Shown in pieces: positions 24,566 through 38,215 of a DNA stretch of 64,000 nucleotides. A model generated the notes under the pieces. That model did not search any database. It was given only the letters and a program-made list of their open reading frames with translations, and had not been told where the DNA came from. Origin of the DNA: Octopus sinensis (lineage: Eukaryota); the NCBI RefSeq assembly GCF_006345805.1, contig NC_043007.1, positions 9,486,001 through 9,550,000 of the forward strand, given 5' to 3'. Positions within the stretch are counted from its first letter, which is position 1. The number at the start of each line of letters is the position of its first letter. Made by a program: the position numbers and the translations under genes.

Positions 24566-25110
24566 TTATGTTTTTGTACACATCACTGCTTAGCACTTCT
24601 ACTCAGTATTTTATTACCGCCAGGTCGCCGATAATGAGACATCCATTTCTTCCCATTTCATAGCTCTTACCCATACAAGTGCCTGATGCTGAAGTGGAGA
24701 CATCTACTCAGAAATGCATGATCCATCAGTCTGACTGGGTGAGATTCGAAATGACTTGGTGTGTTTATACCTATTTGTCTATACCAGGAAATATTTTCCA
24801 TAACAAAATACAATGAATGGCTTTCTTGCGGGTTCGAATATGTTCCAAGCATATTAGATCTGAAAATGCCGGCAATTATGAGAGGATGGAGAAATCGATT
24901 ATATCGACCCCAATGTCCAACAGGCACCTATTTTATCGCCTGCGAAAGGGTGAAGGGCAAATTCGACCTCAGTAGTGTTTAAACTCTGAATATAAAGAAC
25001 TGGAAGAAATGCAGCTAAACATTTTGACTGGCAGAGTAGTGATTCTGCTAGCTCTTTACTATAGATATGAATGATAATGGGTATTTTATTATAAAATTTT
25101 CCATTTTCCA

Positions 25111-25716
25111 GGCGCAGGAGTGGCTGTGTGGTAAGTAGCTTGCTTACCAGCAACATGGTTCTGGGATCAGTCCCACTGCGTGGTCCCTTGGGCAAGTGTC
25201 TACTACTATAGCCTCGGGCCGACCAAAGCCTTCTCAGTGGATTTGGTAGATGGAAACTGAATGAAGACCGTCGTGTATATATATGTATATGTATATATTT
25301 GTGTGTCTGTGTTTGTCTCGCCCAACATTGTTTGACAACCGATGCTGGTATATTTACTTCTCCGTCACTTAGCAGGTAGCAGAAACGTTAGCACGCCGGG
25401 CAAAATGCTTAGCGGTATTTCGTCTGCCGTTACGTTCAGAGTTCAAATTCCGCCGAGGTCGACTTTGCCATTCATCCACCCGGGCTCGATGTATTAAGTA
25501 CTAGTTACGCCCTTGGAACGATGTAATCGACTTAATCCATTTGTCTGTCCTTGTTTGTCCCCTCTATGTTTAACCCCTTGTGGGCAATAAAGAAATAAGA
25601 AAGATCGATAGAATAAGTACTAGGCTTACAAAGAATAAGTCCTGAGGTTGATTTGCTCGACTAAAGGGTGTGCTCCAGCATGGCCGCAGTCAAATGACTG
25701 AAACAAATAAAATAAA
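25111..25716 (+). mobile_element. SINE family A interrupted by a nested family B copy (25374-25600)
   Basis: The host breaks after CCGTCACTTAGC and resumes at AAGATCGATAGAATAAGTAC. Confidence 0.85.
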
Positions 25717-25774
25717 GGTAAAAAATTTGATAATACGATGTGAGATTATATAGAAGGTGTTTTAGAATTGGTCC

Positions 25775-26190
25775 AATGTTGGTTAGACATATTGTAGATT
25801 ACCTTACAACCACATGTCTTCAGGTTCAGTCCCATTGCGTGGAACCTTGAGCTTGTGTCTTCTACTGTAGCTTCGGGCTGATCAAAGCCTTGTGAGTGGA
25901 TATGGTTGAACTAAAATGAAAGAAACCCGTCGAATATGTGTGTGTATGTGTGTGTGTGTGTGTGTGTGCCTGTGTGTGTGTTTGTCTTTGTATTTGTGTT
26001 TGTCTCCCATTATTGCGTGACAACCCGTGTTGGTGTGTTTACGTCCCTGTAATCTAGCGGTTCGGTAAAAATGACCAATAGAATAAGTACTAGGCTTGAG
26101 AAATAAGTCCTGGGTTTAATTTGTTCCACTAAAACCTTTCAATGCGATACTCGAGCATGTCGGCAGTCAAATCACTGAAACAAGTTAAAG
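25775..26190 (+). mobile_element. Diverged SINE family A
   Basis: Head, (TG)n linker and 3' half are recognisable. Confidence 0.75.
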
Positions 26191-26252
26191 AAAAACACCG
26201 TCAGAACGTGTTTACTCGCATCGACATCACTGGATTTTGCTATTGTTGCAGT

Positions 26253-26548
26253 CTTCTTCTTCTTCTTCTTCTTCCTCTCTTCGATTCTTTCTTCTTCTTG
26301 TCTTCTTTCTTCTTCTTCTTCTTCTTCTTCTGTCTTCTTCTTCTTCTTCTTCTTCTTCTTCTTCTTCTTCTTCTTCTTCTTCTCTTCTCTCTCTTGTCTT
26401 CTTCTTCTTCTTCTTCTTCTTCTTCTTCTTCTTCTTCTTCTTCTTCTCTTCTTTCTTCTTCTTCTTCTCTTTTCTTCTTCTCTCTTCTCCTTCTTGTCTC
26501 TTCTTCTTCTTCTTCTTCTTCTTCTTCTTCTGCTTCTACTTCTTCTTC
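26253..26548. repeat. (TCT)n polypyrimidine tract
   Basis: About 300 bp of near-pure CTT repeats; source of the poly-S/L/E/K ORFs. Confidence 0.95.
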
Positions 26549-26609
26549 CAATCAGGACTCACACCATTAGCCACAAAGAACAATCTCTAATTCGATCCTA
26601 CTCTAAGCT

Positions 26610-27038
26610 ACTAAGTATGCGTGTGGCAAGTTGAAGATCCACTCACCACACGCGATAGACTGGCGGTAGCACGGGCGCGAAAGCTACGTTGTTATCCTCA
26701 TTCCGTAAACGGTGGCTTTTAACGGGTGGAGAGCTGAACCATCCTGGAGTACAGACGATTCGCAATCTAGACTAGGGTCTGAAAGTTTACCACACCATAG
26801 TGGATTACACCAAGGTTCCTCTGCTTTGTGGCAGAAGTAGGAACTAAGAGTGAGAGAAAGTTGTGGTGAAAGAGTACAGCGGGGTTCACCCCCACGCCCA
26901 CACCCTCGCGGCCCGAGCCTCGTTGAACTTATGCGGTTTTTTTTTCAATAAACACTCACAATGCCCGGTCTGGGAATCGAAGCCGCGTTCTTACGACTCC
27001 GAGTCCGCTGCCCTAACGACTGTGCCATTGCGCCGCCA
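26610..27038 (-). mobile_element. SINE family C head and body with tail type 2
   Basis: 26847-27038 matches the 24186-24565 head and body. The sequence beyond is unrelated to tail 1, and the tail end is approximate. Confidence 0.7.
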
Positions 27039-27958
27039 ATGCTGTTGCTGCATCTGCTGCTGATGCTACTGCTTCTTATGTTTGTGCTTGGCTGTCATTG
27101 TTCTGAATGGTATGCCACATATAAATAGCCCTAATATATCTCAGGTATAGTGAATCTTGTACAACACTATCTGTATCCTTTCTTTTTCTAAAGACGGTGA
27201 ATTGTGATTTGAAAATGGTTTCTTTGTTTGAGTAATTTGTCGATAAAATAAATATATAAAACGATTTTTATATTTACAAAGTGATGTACGTAAACATCTC
27301 GGTCAAAATGTAAATTCATTGACCCAAATAAAGAGCTCTGGAAGGAAAAGATCGAAAAGAAAATGAAACTGATGAAAAGAAAATGAAACTGATGAAAAGA
27401 AAGGATAGGACATGGTATGATTATGAGAAACCATATAGCAAATAGGGATATTAAGGGGGCATTAATCTTTTAAAATACTATTTTATGGATTTCACTCGGT
27501 ACTGTATTCCCATTGGAGGATAACGATGTGAAAACATTTATTAATGATGCTAATAAGATAATTCACCAGTGGCTATCTGCTAAATTGCTCACCACATATT
27601 GTTTTGAGAAGACATTGAACAAATTCCAATAAAACTCTTCCTTGATATTTCGTCGTGATATTTTTTTTTCGTACATTTAAAAACAAAACTAGTGCTCGTG
27701 AAATTGATAGGATTTCGGCAAGAAAGTTTTATCAAAGAATGTAGTACGATGGTTCTTGTAGATGCCTAGGTGCAAACGTGCTTGTGTGGTTAAGAAGCTC
27801 GCTTTGCAGTCAATTGGTTTGGAGTTAAGTCTCACCGAGCGGCAACTAAAATAGCCTCCAGCTGATCGATAACTTGTCAAAGAATTTGTTAGACAACAAC
27901 AGTATTGGCAAAGTCCATTGCATACACACACAAACACACACACGCATACACACACACA

Positions 27959-28000
<42 letters not shown>

Positions 28001-29062
28001 ATATATATATATATATATATAAATACAAAATGGGACAAGAACGCAAAACATTTGGACAGTTAGGTGATACAAAAATAGAACAACAAAACATCCAGATAGA
28101 CGATACAAAGAAAACAAGGATTGGCCATTGGAAGTTTTCTTTCCCCAGTCAAGTACCAGATTATCTTTGCAATTTCGGCTGATTATACTTGAGATTGGTC
28201 CAATATGGCCAGCCCCTAGTAAAAACTAAGCTGAGAGGCATTTGATTCCTTGGAAGAAAGCAGTGAATATATACAAAATCAAGGACGGAAAAACAGACCA
28301 TGTTACACAAATGCAAAAAAAATAATAACACGACATAACAACAGATATCTTTCGACTAAGGACGAATTAAATCAAGCTGATGTGTGTGGAAATGAAGCCT
28401 TACGGCAGGGATAGAGGATTTCACAAACACAGGGAGGAATATCGATGTTGCACGGACAACGGCCAATATATATTACTAAGTAAAGGTCAAAATAGGTCAG
28501 ATAGAGATATATAATTTTTGTACTCAAATTTTGTGTTTAACATGTTTAACTTCTGAACATAAAAGGAGACGAATCGTTTAATTCTATGCTTCTAGACATA
28601 CGAAAATAAAAATATAATAAAACGCTTACACTGAATGAAATAAATCGACAGACTAATAAAAACTTAAAACATCGTTGCACAAAATTAGAAAATCATACTT
28701 TGTAACAATCGTCAAGATTTACTTCCTAAATATAGTGTACGAGTAATATGAAAGTCCTGGTGTCTCTGTTCTTGCACTTAAGAGAAGTCTCAAACTATGT
28801 CCTTGCGATTCACTACGGACGGGACCAGATTTCGGCAGGGTATGATTGACACAACTGTCACAGTTCGGGATTACATAATGTGCATTGTCAATTTGTATGT
28901 ATAATATGTAAATACACACACATAGGAATTTTCTCAGTGAACAAGTCACGGTCTCAAATCGATGAAAATATTTGAAAAATTAAAATTTAAATGTTCAAGT
29001 GATTCTAACGGGTTTTGTGTGTTTCTTGAATGGCTTAAAAACACCTTCCATGCTGCAATTGT

Positions 29063-29097
<35 letters not shown>

Positions 29098-29441
29098 TAT
29101 TATAATACATAAATTATGCAAGTAAAAATATGCTTTTCTGAAGTTCTAAATGTAAGTTTGTCTGTAAACTACATCGCAAAAATGGAGCCTTGTACCATTG
29201 TTGAAAACCGGCTCCCTCCTCAGTGGAAGATTCATATAATAATATAGAAGATACATAGAAACACACACGCACACACACATACATTTATATATATGATAAA
29301 TATTTCACTCATTAAGATATACGTAACAATATACATAGGTATATAGTAATTATATATATGTGTGTGAGGAGGGGTTGAGCATGTAATACATGCATACATG
29401 CATACATACATACATACATACACACATACATACATACATAT

Positions 29442-29546
<105 letters not shown>

Positions 29547-29589
29547 AACATTATTTTGATATATAGTCATATATTTTAATAATTACCTA

Positions 29590-29943
29590 CAAAACAACAT
29601 ATATAAAGGGTAAAGACCCCCTTCGGTCATGAATGACCATGTGATTGCACCTAGAAAGTTACCCTCCTAGACACAAGTACGGGCAAGATTGTTTATGGAA
29701 GACCAGCAGTCGCCCATGCATACCAGCCTCCCCTCTCCACGCCACCAGTGTTATTCAAGGGAAAGACGAAGGTCGATACAGCTTGGCACCAGTGACGTCG
29801 CAACTCATTTCTACAGCTGAGTGAACTGGAGCAACGTGAAATAAAGTGCTTTGCTCAAGAACACAACACGCAGCCCGGTCCGGCATTCGAGCTCACAACC
29901 TCACGATCGTAAGCTCGACGCTCTAACCACTGAGCCATGCGCC
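29590..29943 (-). mobile_element. SINE family D (tRNA head, CORE-like domain, LINE-like tail)
   Basis: Minus strand: GGCGCATGGCTCAGTGGTTAGAGC head; GTTCTTGAGCAAAGCACTTTATTTCACGTTGCTCCAGTTCACTCAGCTG resembles the CORE domain; tail GGTCATTCATGACCGAAGGGGGTCTTTACC. Confidence 0.8.
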
Positions 29944-30513
29944 TTATATGCATACACACATGTGCATAAACACCCAAATACAATCGCACACCCACCCCTC
30001 GCGTACAAACGCAGCAATATACGTATAAAACGACGTTGATTAAATTTAATCGAAAATAACATCAAGAGTGAAAATTATATTTGGCAAAACTGAAACAGAT
30101 GAAAAACAAAACCAACGCGACCCCACCGAAGGGAAACTCCGCACCACTCCACCTCTTCAAAAGGAAAAAAAAATTAGAAATTACAAGGAAACGAGAAAAT
30201 TATGAATTATCAGGAATCTAGCAGGGACAAGCCTTTCACAGACATAGGAGCATTGTCCTACATTCGTTTGAAATATCTGTTAATAAATGCAAAACTCTTA
30301 TAGCTACGTTTATGCGACAAATTTTTCAGCAGAAAGAAAAAAACGAAATAGCTGATTATCACAAATATTTTGCTCTCTCTCCCAAAACCTCGAAAACTAA
30401 TTTCGTCACACATACATACATACATACATAGGTATGTATATCTCTATATATATGTATATATATATATATATATATGTATACATATATATATGTGTGTGTG
30501 TGTGCGTGTGTGC

Positions 30514-30558
<45 letters not shown>

Positions 30559-30607
30559 ATATATGCGTGTGTGTGAGTATGTGTATAAATATATATAAAT
30601 ACATTAC

Positions 30608-30640
<33 letters not shown>

Positions 30641-31194
30641 CATTATACACATACTCACATACGCGCACATATATATATGTGCGTGTGTGTGTGTGGATGT
30701 GTGTGTGTAAGTATTGTTTTGTGAAGGTGATTTTAGTCTTTTGGTGTTATGTGGGTATTTGTATGCAATTTTTTTCTTTCTTCAAATTACTTCAAACCAA
30801 TCATGATTAGGAGGAGGAGAGTGGTGGTGGTGGTGGTGGTGGTGGTGGTGGAGGTGGTGGTGGTGGTTGTGGGGGTGGTGATAGTGGTGATAATGACGAT
30901 GACGACGATAATGAGGGTGATGATGATTAATAATGCTGAAAATACGGATAATAAAGATGCTACTAAACACATTTATATATATACACGGGTTTGGATCAAG
31001 TGGAGATTACAATAAAGTATATTCGACCAAAATACAAACACACATACACACATTCACAAACACAGACAGGCACATACACACACGTACACACACACTCACT
31101 CACAAATACACGTGTTATATCTACACAAATATCGATATTTCTACAAATATATATATCCACATATACATGTACATATATATAGATATATACTCAA

Positions 31195-31306
<112 letters not shown>

Positions 31307-31400
31307 GGATAGATAGATCAGTACAGAACATGAAAGGGAGATATAATTAGATATAGTTATATATGAGTGTAGATAACTGTTTATTTTGTTTTCATATATA

Positions 31401-31469
<69 letters not shown>

Positions 31470-31695
31470 TATATATATATAGACATATACACATATGAAA
31501 GTACATAGGTAGGTGTGTATACATAGAATCATATACAGATCCGTAACAATAAAAAAAGCCATTACAAACATAAACGAATGAAAATAAAACTCAATTACTA
31601 AATTTCTTCCTCTCTTGTTTGCATTCAGAGTGCATAGATACACGCAAATAGATATACTGCATAGATATATACCTATGCGTACATACATACATGCG

Positions 31696-31792
<97 letters not shown>

Positions 31793-31797
31793 ATTAT

Positions 31798-31836
<39 letters not shown>

Positions 31837-32709
31837 TATACATATATACGCACACATATATGTACACGTATATATGTAACGTATACATGCATACACACAC
31901 ACACATCTATATACATATATATATGTACGTATGTATGTATGTATGTATGTATGTACGTACGTATGTATGTATGTATGTATGTATGTATGTATGTATGTAT
32001 GTATGTATATATGTATGTATGTATCTATGTATATATGTATTGATTTTGTCTTTTTCTTTAATTAATATTTCATTCTTGGTCTGTTTCCTTTTCACCTGAA
32101 GTCATTTCTCGATGTTTAATCTCGAAGTAAATAGAATTCATTAAGATTCTAACGGAATTTTCTATTGCTGAGCTTTTTCTCCTTCTTCTTCTTCTTCTTC
32201 TTCTTCTTCTTCTTGGTCCTGATGTTGTTGTTACTGTTGTTTTAATAGCTGCCATCGTTACTATTTTCCTTATTGTTATTGTTATTATTGTTGTTGTTGT
32301 TGTCATTCTCTACTTTGATTGCTTGTTTGTTTGTTTGATTGATTAGTTTATTTGGTTACGTTCGTTATTATTCTATTGTTGTTGTTGATTTTGTCTTTCG
32401 TCTTGTTGCTTATTGTTCACGAACAAATTACTGTATATTTGTAAACAAAAGACACAAAAATATATCTATAGATTTCAAGATATAATTCTAATTTTGTTTG
32501 CATTAGAATATGTAATGGTGACAATAAGTGTATATGCGATATGTGTAAGTACATACGTATCAATATATATATACAATGTATATATATATTTATACATATC
32601 ACTTTTATACATATATATATATATACACATCTGTCAACAGAGGTATATGATTACCTATATATATATATGTGTGTTTGTATGTGTGTGTGAGTGTGTGTTT
32701 GTGTGTGTA

Positions 32710-32750
<41 letters not shown>

Positions 32751-32768
32751 TATATATATATATATAAT

Positions 32769-32848
<80 letters not shown>

Positions 32849-33373
32849 TAGGTTTGTGTTAGGGGGCGGTTGTATCTTTATAATTGAAGTCTGTGCAGTC
32901 ATCTCACCAGAACGATTTATTTCAAATGATATAATGATTTCAATTATTGTAGTCGCTTGAAACGGCCGTAATAAATTGATACCTGTACATATTTGTTACA
33001 CATTTATATTTTATTCACATAACTTGGAATCTTCACTTCGGAAATTCTATAGAAGTTTTGTTTATACAAAGGACATGTCTGAATCACCAAAAGCTTGTTC
33101 AAAGCTATGCTATATCTGCTAATATAATCGGCGATGTCTTCATTGAAGAATCCTCTGCAACCGTCGACACTCGGCGGCAAGATGAGCTGCTACGGATCTC
33201 ATTATCTCAAAGTGTGTATGCATGTGACCGGGGATCACATGCGAACTTGTAGTATTCGCACTGAAACATCGAACATGTCTCGTTGGTCGGAACCACCTCA
33301 ACCAACCCAGGATGCTAGCCTCCGCTAGTACAAATAAATAAATAATATAAATAAATAATATATATATATATAT

Positions 33374-33656
33374 GGAGACGCAATGGCCCAGTGGTTAGGG
33401 CAGCGGACTCGCAGTCGTAGGATCGCGGTTTCGATTCCCAGACCGAACGTCGCGTGTGTTTATTGAGCGAAAACACCTAAAGCTCCACGAGGCTCCGTCA
33501 CGGGGTGGTGATCCCTGCTGTACTCTTTCACCACTCTTTCTTCTGTTGGCCTGCTCGCTTAGCCAGTGGGGTGGCGTCATTCGAAGGCTAAAACAATGCG
33601 AACGCATTGTGACCAGCGATGTGTAGCAACATCTGATGGTCTGGTCGGTCACGTGA
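33374..33656 (+). mobile_element. SINE family C head and body with tail type 3, inside (TA)n
   Basis: The head and body match the 24186 copy up to ~33540. The tail ends GGTCTGGTCGGTCACGTGA, and (TA)n lies on both sides. Confidence 0.85.
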
Positions 33657-34107
33657 TATATATATATATATATATATGCTCCTTCGTTTAAAGTAGTAAA
33701 AAGATATCACGCATATGAAGAGAACAAATATTGACACAATTGGTACCATATGGCTGTTCTAATTGTTTTTCATAAAATTTATATTTCAGTTTTATATTGC
33801 CATAACACCTTCAGTAACAAAAGTGGGAAAATTTACATTTTTCTTACTGTATTATAGCACTTGTCTATTGAAATAAGGTACTTAATCCATTATGTGAATT
33901 CAGCCTTATAGAAGTTATTATAATAAAACCGATTACCTACTCGGTCTTAATTGATAGCTTTGTTAACTGTCGCTGCTGTAGAATTAGCTTTTGTTGATAT
34001 TGTTGATATACGTGTTAATGGTAAAAACGCCTCAAGCTTTATGTGTGTGTAATTAGTTGATATATATGACTGTATATAAATATATATATATATATATTCA
34101 CACACAC

Positions 34108-35560
34108 AGGTTGGACAAAATAATGGAAACATAAAATTTCAAACAAATTTATTTTAATATATGATAGGACCGCCTTCGGAAGTACTTACATGAATTCTAC
34201 GAGGTATGGACTCGTACAAAGATTGAACTGTTATCCAAAGGAATTTTTCTCCATTCTTCAGCTAAAACAGTCTCCAGTTGTTCATGTAGTGATAATGGTT
34301 GAGGATGTCAACTCCTTACTTGTTTTTTTCTCAAATGCACCATAAATGTTGAACGGAGTGGCTGTGTGGTAAGTAGCTTGCTAACCAACCACATTGTTCC
34401 GGGTTCAGTCCCACTGCGTGGCACCTTGGGCAAGTGTCTTCTGCTATAGCCCCGGGCCGTCCAATGCCTTGTGAGTGGATTTGGTAGACGGAAACTGAAG
34501 GAAGCCTGTCGTATATATGTATATATATATGTGTGTGTGTGTTTGTGTGTCTGTGTTTGTCCCCCTAGCATTGCTTGACAACCGATGCTGGTGTGTTTAA
34601 GTCCCCGTCATCTAGCGGTTCGGCAAAAGAGACCGATAGAATAAGTACTGGGCTTACAAAGAATAAGTCCCGGGGTCGATTTGCTCGACTAAAGGCGGTG
34701 CTCCAGCATGGCCGCAGTCAAATGACTGAAACAAGTAAAAAAAGAAAATATTGGGATCTGGAGACTGCGGTGGCCAGAGAAGATGTTCAACTTCACTAGA
34801 ATGTTCCTCGTGCCATTCAGTAAAACTTTTGGCCGTGTGAATTGGTGCAACATCATCCTGAATGATTGCCATTCCCTCCGGAAACAGTTTCGCAACCATA
34901 GGATGAATTTGATCAGATAAAATGTTTAGTCTTGACAATTAAATCTGCCATGAAGTGAAACCATTGAGCCAGTGGATTTACAAGATAGCGCCCCCACCCA
35001 CCTGATAATCACGTATGTACCTCCATGTTTAACAGCTGAAAGAAGACAGTCTCGGTCAAATGCTTCTTTTCGCTGTCTCTACACGTATACGGGGCCGGTA
35101 GTCGGAAATAAGGTACAGGACGACTCGTCCGAGAAAATAACATTCTTCCACTGCTCTATGAACCAATTCTGTAGATTTCTACTTCATTCAACACGCTTTG
35201 TAACGTTTGTTTTTGAAAGTACTGATTTTCTGATTGCAGCCCTCCCGTGAAATCCGGCTTTGTGCAGCACCCGGCGCACAGTTTTTGCGGAAACTGGGTC
35301 CTCGAGGTGGTTATTAAGCTCTGCAGTAATTTTGAGAGCTGTATATTTGTGATGCTTTCTAACAATTAGATTAAGAATCCGACGGTCCCTATCTGAAAGT
35401 TTTGGTTTCCTTCCGGAGTTTTCCCTCTTTTTCAAAGGCTGTCATTACTTTCGAGATAGTACTTCCTAATACACCAAAGATTTCAGGTGTTGTTGTTACG
35501 CGAGCGCTTGCCATACGAGCACCAACAATTTGACCACTGTCATTTTAATGAATTTTAATT
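34108..35560 (-). mobile_element. Tc1-family DNA transposon with a pseudogenised DD34E transposase, split by a SINE
   Basis: HTH region SGRKPKLSDRDRR...VSAKTVRRVLHKAGFHGRAAIRK (ORF 35184-35435), VIFSDES, IIQDDVAPIHTAK, WPPQSPDPNI|..HLW and AEEWRKIP. A TIR-like CAGGTTGGACAAAATAATGGAAACA is at 34108; the partner TIR was not found. Confidence 0.9.
34354..34746 (+). mobile_element. SINE family A inserted into the Tc1 transposase
   Basis: A near-complete copy sits between the SPDPNI and HLW codons. GAA flanks both ends (possible 3-bp target-site duplication). Confidence 0.9.
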
Positions 35561-35635
35561 AGCTTTTTCTGATTATATCTGGAATCGATTTTGTAATATT
35601 TTCCAGACTTATACACACCATGATACCGTCGGTAT

Positions 35636-35732
35636 CTACATATCAAATTTGCGCACAATCGGATGGAGGATACCCGAGATCCTACAAGACACACACACAT
35701 ACAGACAGACAGAACGGATTTTATATAAGAGA
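35636..35732 (+). mobile_element. Possible Helitron/Helentron-type non-autonomous element 3' end
   Basis: CAAATTTGCGCACAATCGG...(CA)n CAGACAGACAG...TTTTATATAAGAGAT. A similar end (GACGGACA...CCCATTATAGTAAGAT) lies at ~38530-38578. Assignment is from recalled motif style only. Confidence 0.3.
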
Positions 35733-36007
35733 TATACGTTTATCAATTTGTGTTGCGAGATTCCTGATGTGAAGCCTTGTGTTGACACATTTATTGTTGT
35801 ATTTCGCGATGTTAATTTTTTTCTGCCACCAAATAAACACATGCACTATGTGTATTTGTTCTACACTCGTTTATTACTGTTCTTATTTTAACTGATGACC
35901 ATTGTCCGGATATCCTTCGCCACATGTCTGTGACCTCTTCAACGACACTTTCTGTCCACGAGGAAAAGAGAAATGGCCGTCCCGAAATACAAGATGCAGC
36001 AATATAT

Positions 36008-36056
<49 letters not shown>

Positions 36057-36147
36057 CCAAGCAAGAAAACACAGAAAAAAACACAGCAACGTGAGGACGT
36101 GGAACAATTAAAGTATTATTTGACGCTCAGGAAAGAAGAGAAGGAAG

Positions 36148-36182
36148 GTTTAACGTTTCGAGCGGAGCTCTTCGCCGGAAAC
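36148..36182 (-). ncRNA. Decayed minimal type I hammerhead (two core substitutions)
   Basis: GTTT CCGGCGA A GAGC TCC GCTC GAA ACGT T AAAC: all three helices are perfect, but the core reads CCGGCGA instead of CUGANGA. Confidence 0.6.
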
Positions 36183-36217
36183 AAGGAGAGGGAAAGATCC
36201 CGAGAAGGGAAGACAGG

Positions 36218-36248
<31 letters not shown>

Positions 36249-36793
36249 AGAGAGAGGGGGAGGGGGAGGCAGAAAGGAGATAGACAGGCAGACAGACAGA
36301 CAGACAAACAGATACATAGATAGAGGGAGGGAGGCAGGTGGAGAACGAGAGAGATATAGAAAAGAAGATGTATCTATTTATATTGGGTTCATGTGCTCAT
36401 ATATTTCCTGTTTATTTAGAATATTTTATGTGGTATTTTGAAAAATTCAGTTGCGTTATATAATCAAATATCTTTCTGTTGCGTGTGGCTGCTTTGGCAA
36501 TTCCTGCCATTCACGTGACACTATGTTCTTCTACTTTCCATGTTTGTTCGTTATATTTATTTATTAATTCTTCCAATGTAGTTAACATTTGCTATTTTTA
36601 TTGAGTATCTTGTTGGTATATATATATTATATTTCGTATGTGTGTATGTTTCTTTGCTTGTTTTTGTCATTTATTTTTTAGGGTTTCCATGTTTAGTATT
36701 ATGCTATTGTTAACAATTTGCATAAAAGAAAGGGGAAAATTATTTATACATAATATAACACGAACGATAATGTGATGACGGAGAAGATTTAGA

Positions 36794-36827
<34 letters not shown>

Positions 36828-38020
36828 GATGGTGGTGGTGGTTGGGGGGGTGATAATGATATAATGGTAATAGTAATGACAATTATCGAAACAAAAATTA
36901 CCTGCCCAAAGTTGCATTTGAAAAGCAAAAGCAATATTGAAATTATACACTCGCATTTCCATCTATCTAATCTATATACATGTGTGTGTGTGTGTGTGTT
37001 ATGTGTACTTTGTTATACATAGGTATGGTCACTTTCCTTTTACCGAATAACCACATTCACTACACTAGCAAATCTGCCCATCTACGATGGAAGCATAAAT
37101 TGAGGGAGGAAAGTCATAACAGCATTATGTATTGAGAAATGTGTAAATGGACTTGAAAGGTGACTGGGTGATGTCTTAGAGAAATCACATTATTGTTGAT
37201 GATACAGCATTCTATTGCAGCTCTATGACTTGTGTTTGTGACTAAGCGACATGTGATGACGATTCACTTCCGAACTGAAATAGGCTTCCAGCCTCTCTAT
37301 CATGTATGGTTATGTAGATCACTCCTAACGAAAGCCAGAGCTTCCTACGACCACTACATAAACATTTTTTAACAATGTTATTCAGATATACTTTTATTTT
37401 AGTTGTTTATACTATTTTACGCTTGTTTATACTCTTATACATTCAAAGTTCACAAATATCCTTATTTAACTTAAGAATCGTATTCCTTTCGATAATATTA
37501 ATATGATTACTAGACTTCTTTGTAGACGATATTTTCTGTTTGGTCGACAGTAATTTTCAATTATTGGAGTCCGTTGCTCTTCTCATAGAGACGTATAACT
37601 GACCGCGTGTAAATATACACCTATACGATCTAAAGTCTGGCCCTATGCCTTGTTTGCTGTGAATGCGCGAGCGAATCTTTAAGGTTGCAAAAAATCAAAC
37701 TAAGACTTACCTCTCACTGTTCTATGCAAATAATGTCCGGATATATTCTTGTACCTTAAGTTACCTTGAGTGAGAAAACTGAGATGTAAACAACAGCCGC
37801 TTCAATTAGCTGTTTCGAATCCTGCTCGAGACTGATACACTTCACTTGTTGTTGGCATACTTTTGTCTCAGGAGACAATGGAGTTGCGCATAAACTAATC
37901 CAGTCCTCTTCAGCTTCCTTCCCAGTTTTTCGCATGATGTAAGAAAATCCTGGGTAGCCCAGTCGTCAGAATTCCTCTCACGACCTTGCTGACGTAGTCC
38001 AAAGGAGTGCGTGCAGAGGA

Positions 38021-38215
38021 TTACTTTGGCACCAGCTTGGTTGCAGAGGCTGCCGGAAGAGTGTCGAGTCGACCACTAAACCGTCTACGGGGCTCCACTC
38101 CGGATTTCTTTGAAATTTTTATTCCTTTCCGTAACGCTGGATAGGAACCCATACCGGGTACTGTCAGCCGGAGCCAGCTGAGATCGGGACTCGTGTCAGG
38201 CAGGGTCATCACTCC
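38021..38215 (-). CDS. Candidate terminal coding exon; unverified
   Basis: Acceptor TTTTCTTCACTACTTTAG| at 38216 in phase 0, then GVMTLPDTSPDLSWLRLTVPGMGSYPALRKGIKISKKSGVEPRRRFSGRLDTLPAASATKLVPK*. Non-repetitive and visibly GC-richer than the background. No homology recognised. Confidence 0.3.
   Translation of the reverse strand, partial: GVMTLPDTSPDLSWLRLTVPGMGSYPALRKGIKISKKSGVEPRRRFSGRLDTLPAASATKLVPK

Noticed and set aside
29184-29223. Minus-strand CTGAGGA followed by a perfect GGAGCC/GGCTCC stem
   Set aside because: No GAAA or helix III follows, so it is at best half of a hammerhead.
32915-32975. GAA-ACGGCCGT-A-ATAAA, a palindromic helix III-like half
   Set aside because: No acceptable CUGANGA core upstream.
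33058-33328. Two overlapping 64-aa ORFs in non-repetitive sequence
   Set aside because: No splice signals or motifs that I can support; the length is expected by chance.
35892-35990. CTGATGA-CCATT...AATGG-CCGTCCC-GAAA; also CTGACGA-CTGGG/CCCAG at 37946-37969 and CTGATGA at 48948
   Set aside because: GAAA is not adjacent to the stem or is absent, so the junction geometry is wrong.
37170-37230. VDDTAFYCSS resembling an RT YADD box
   Set aside because: It is a single short motif with no flanking RT motifs readable.
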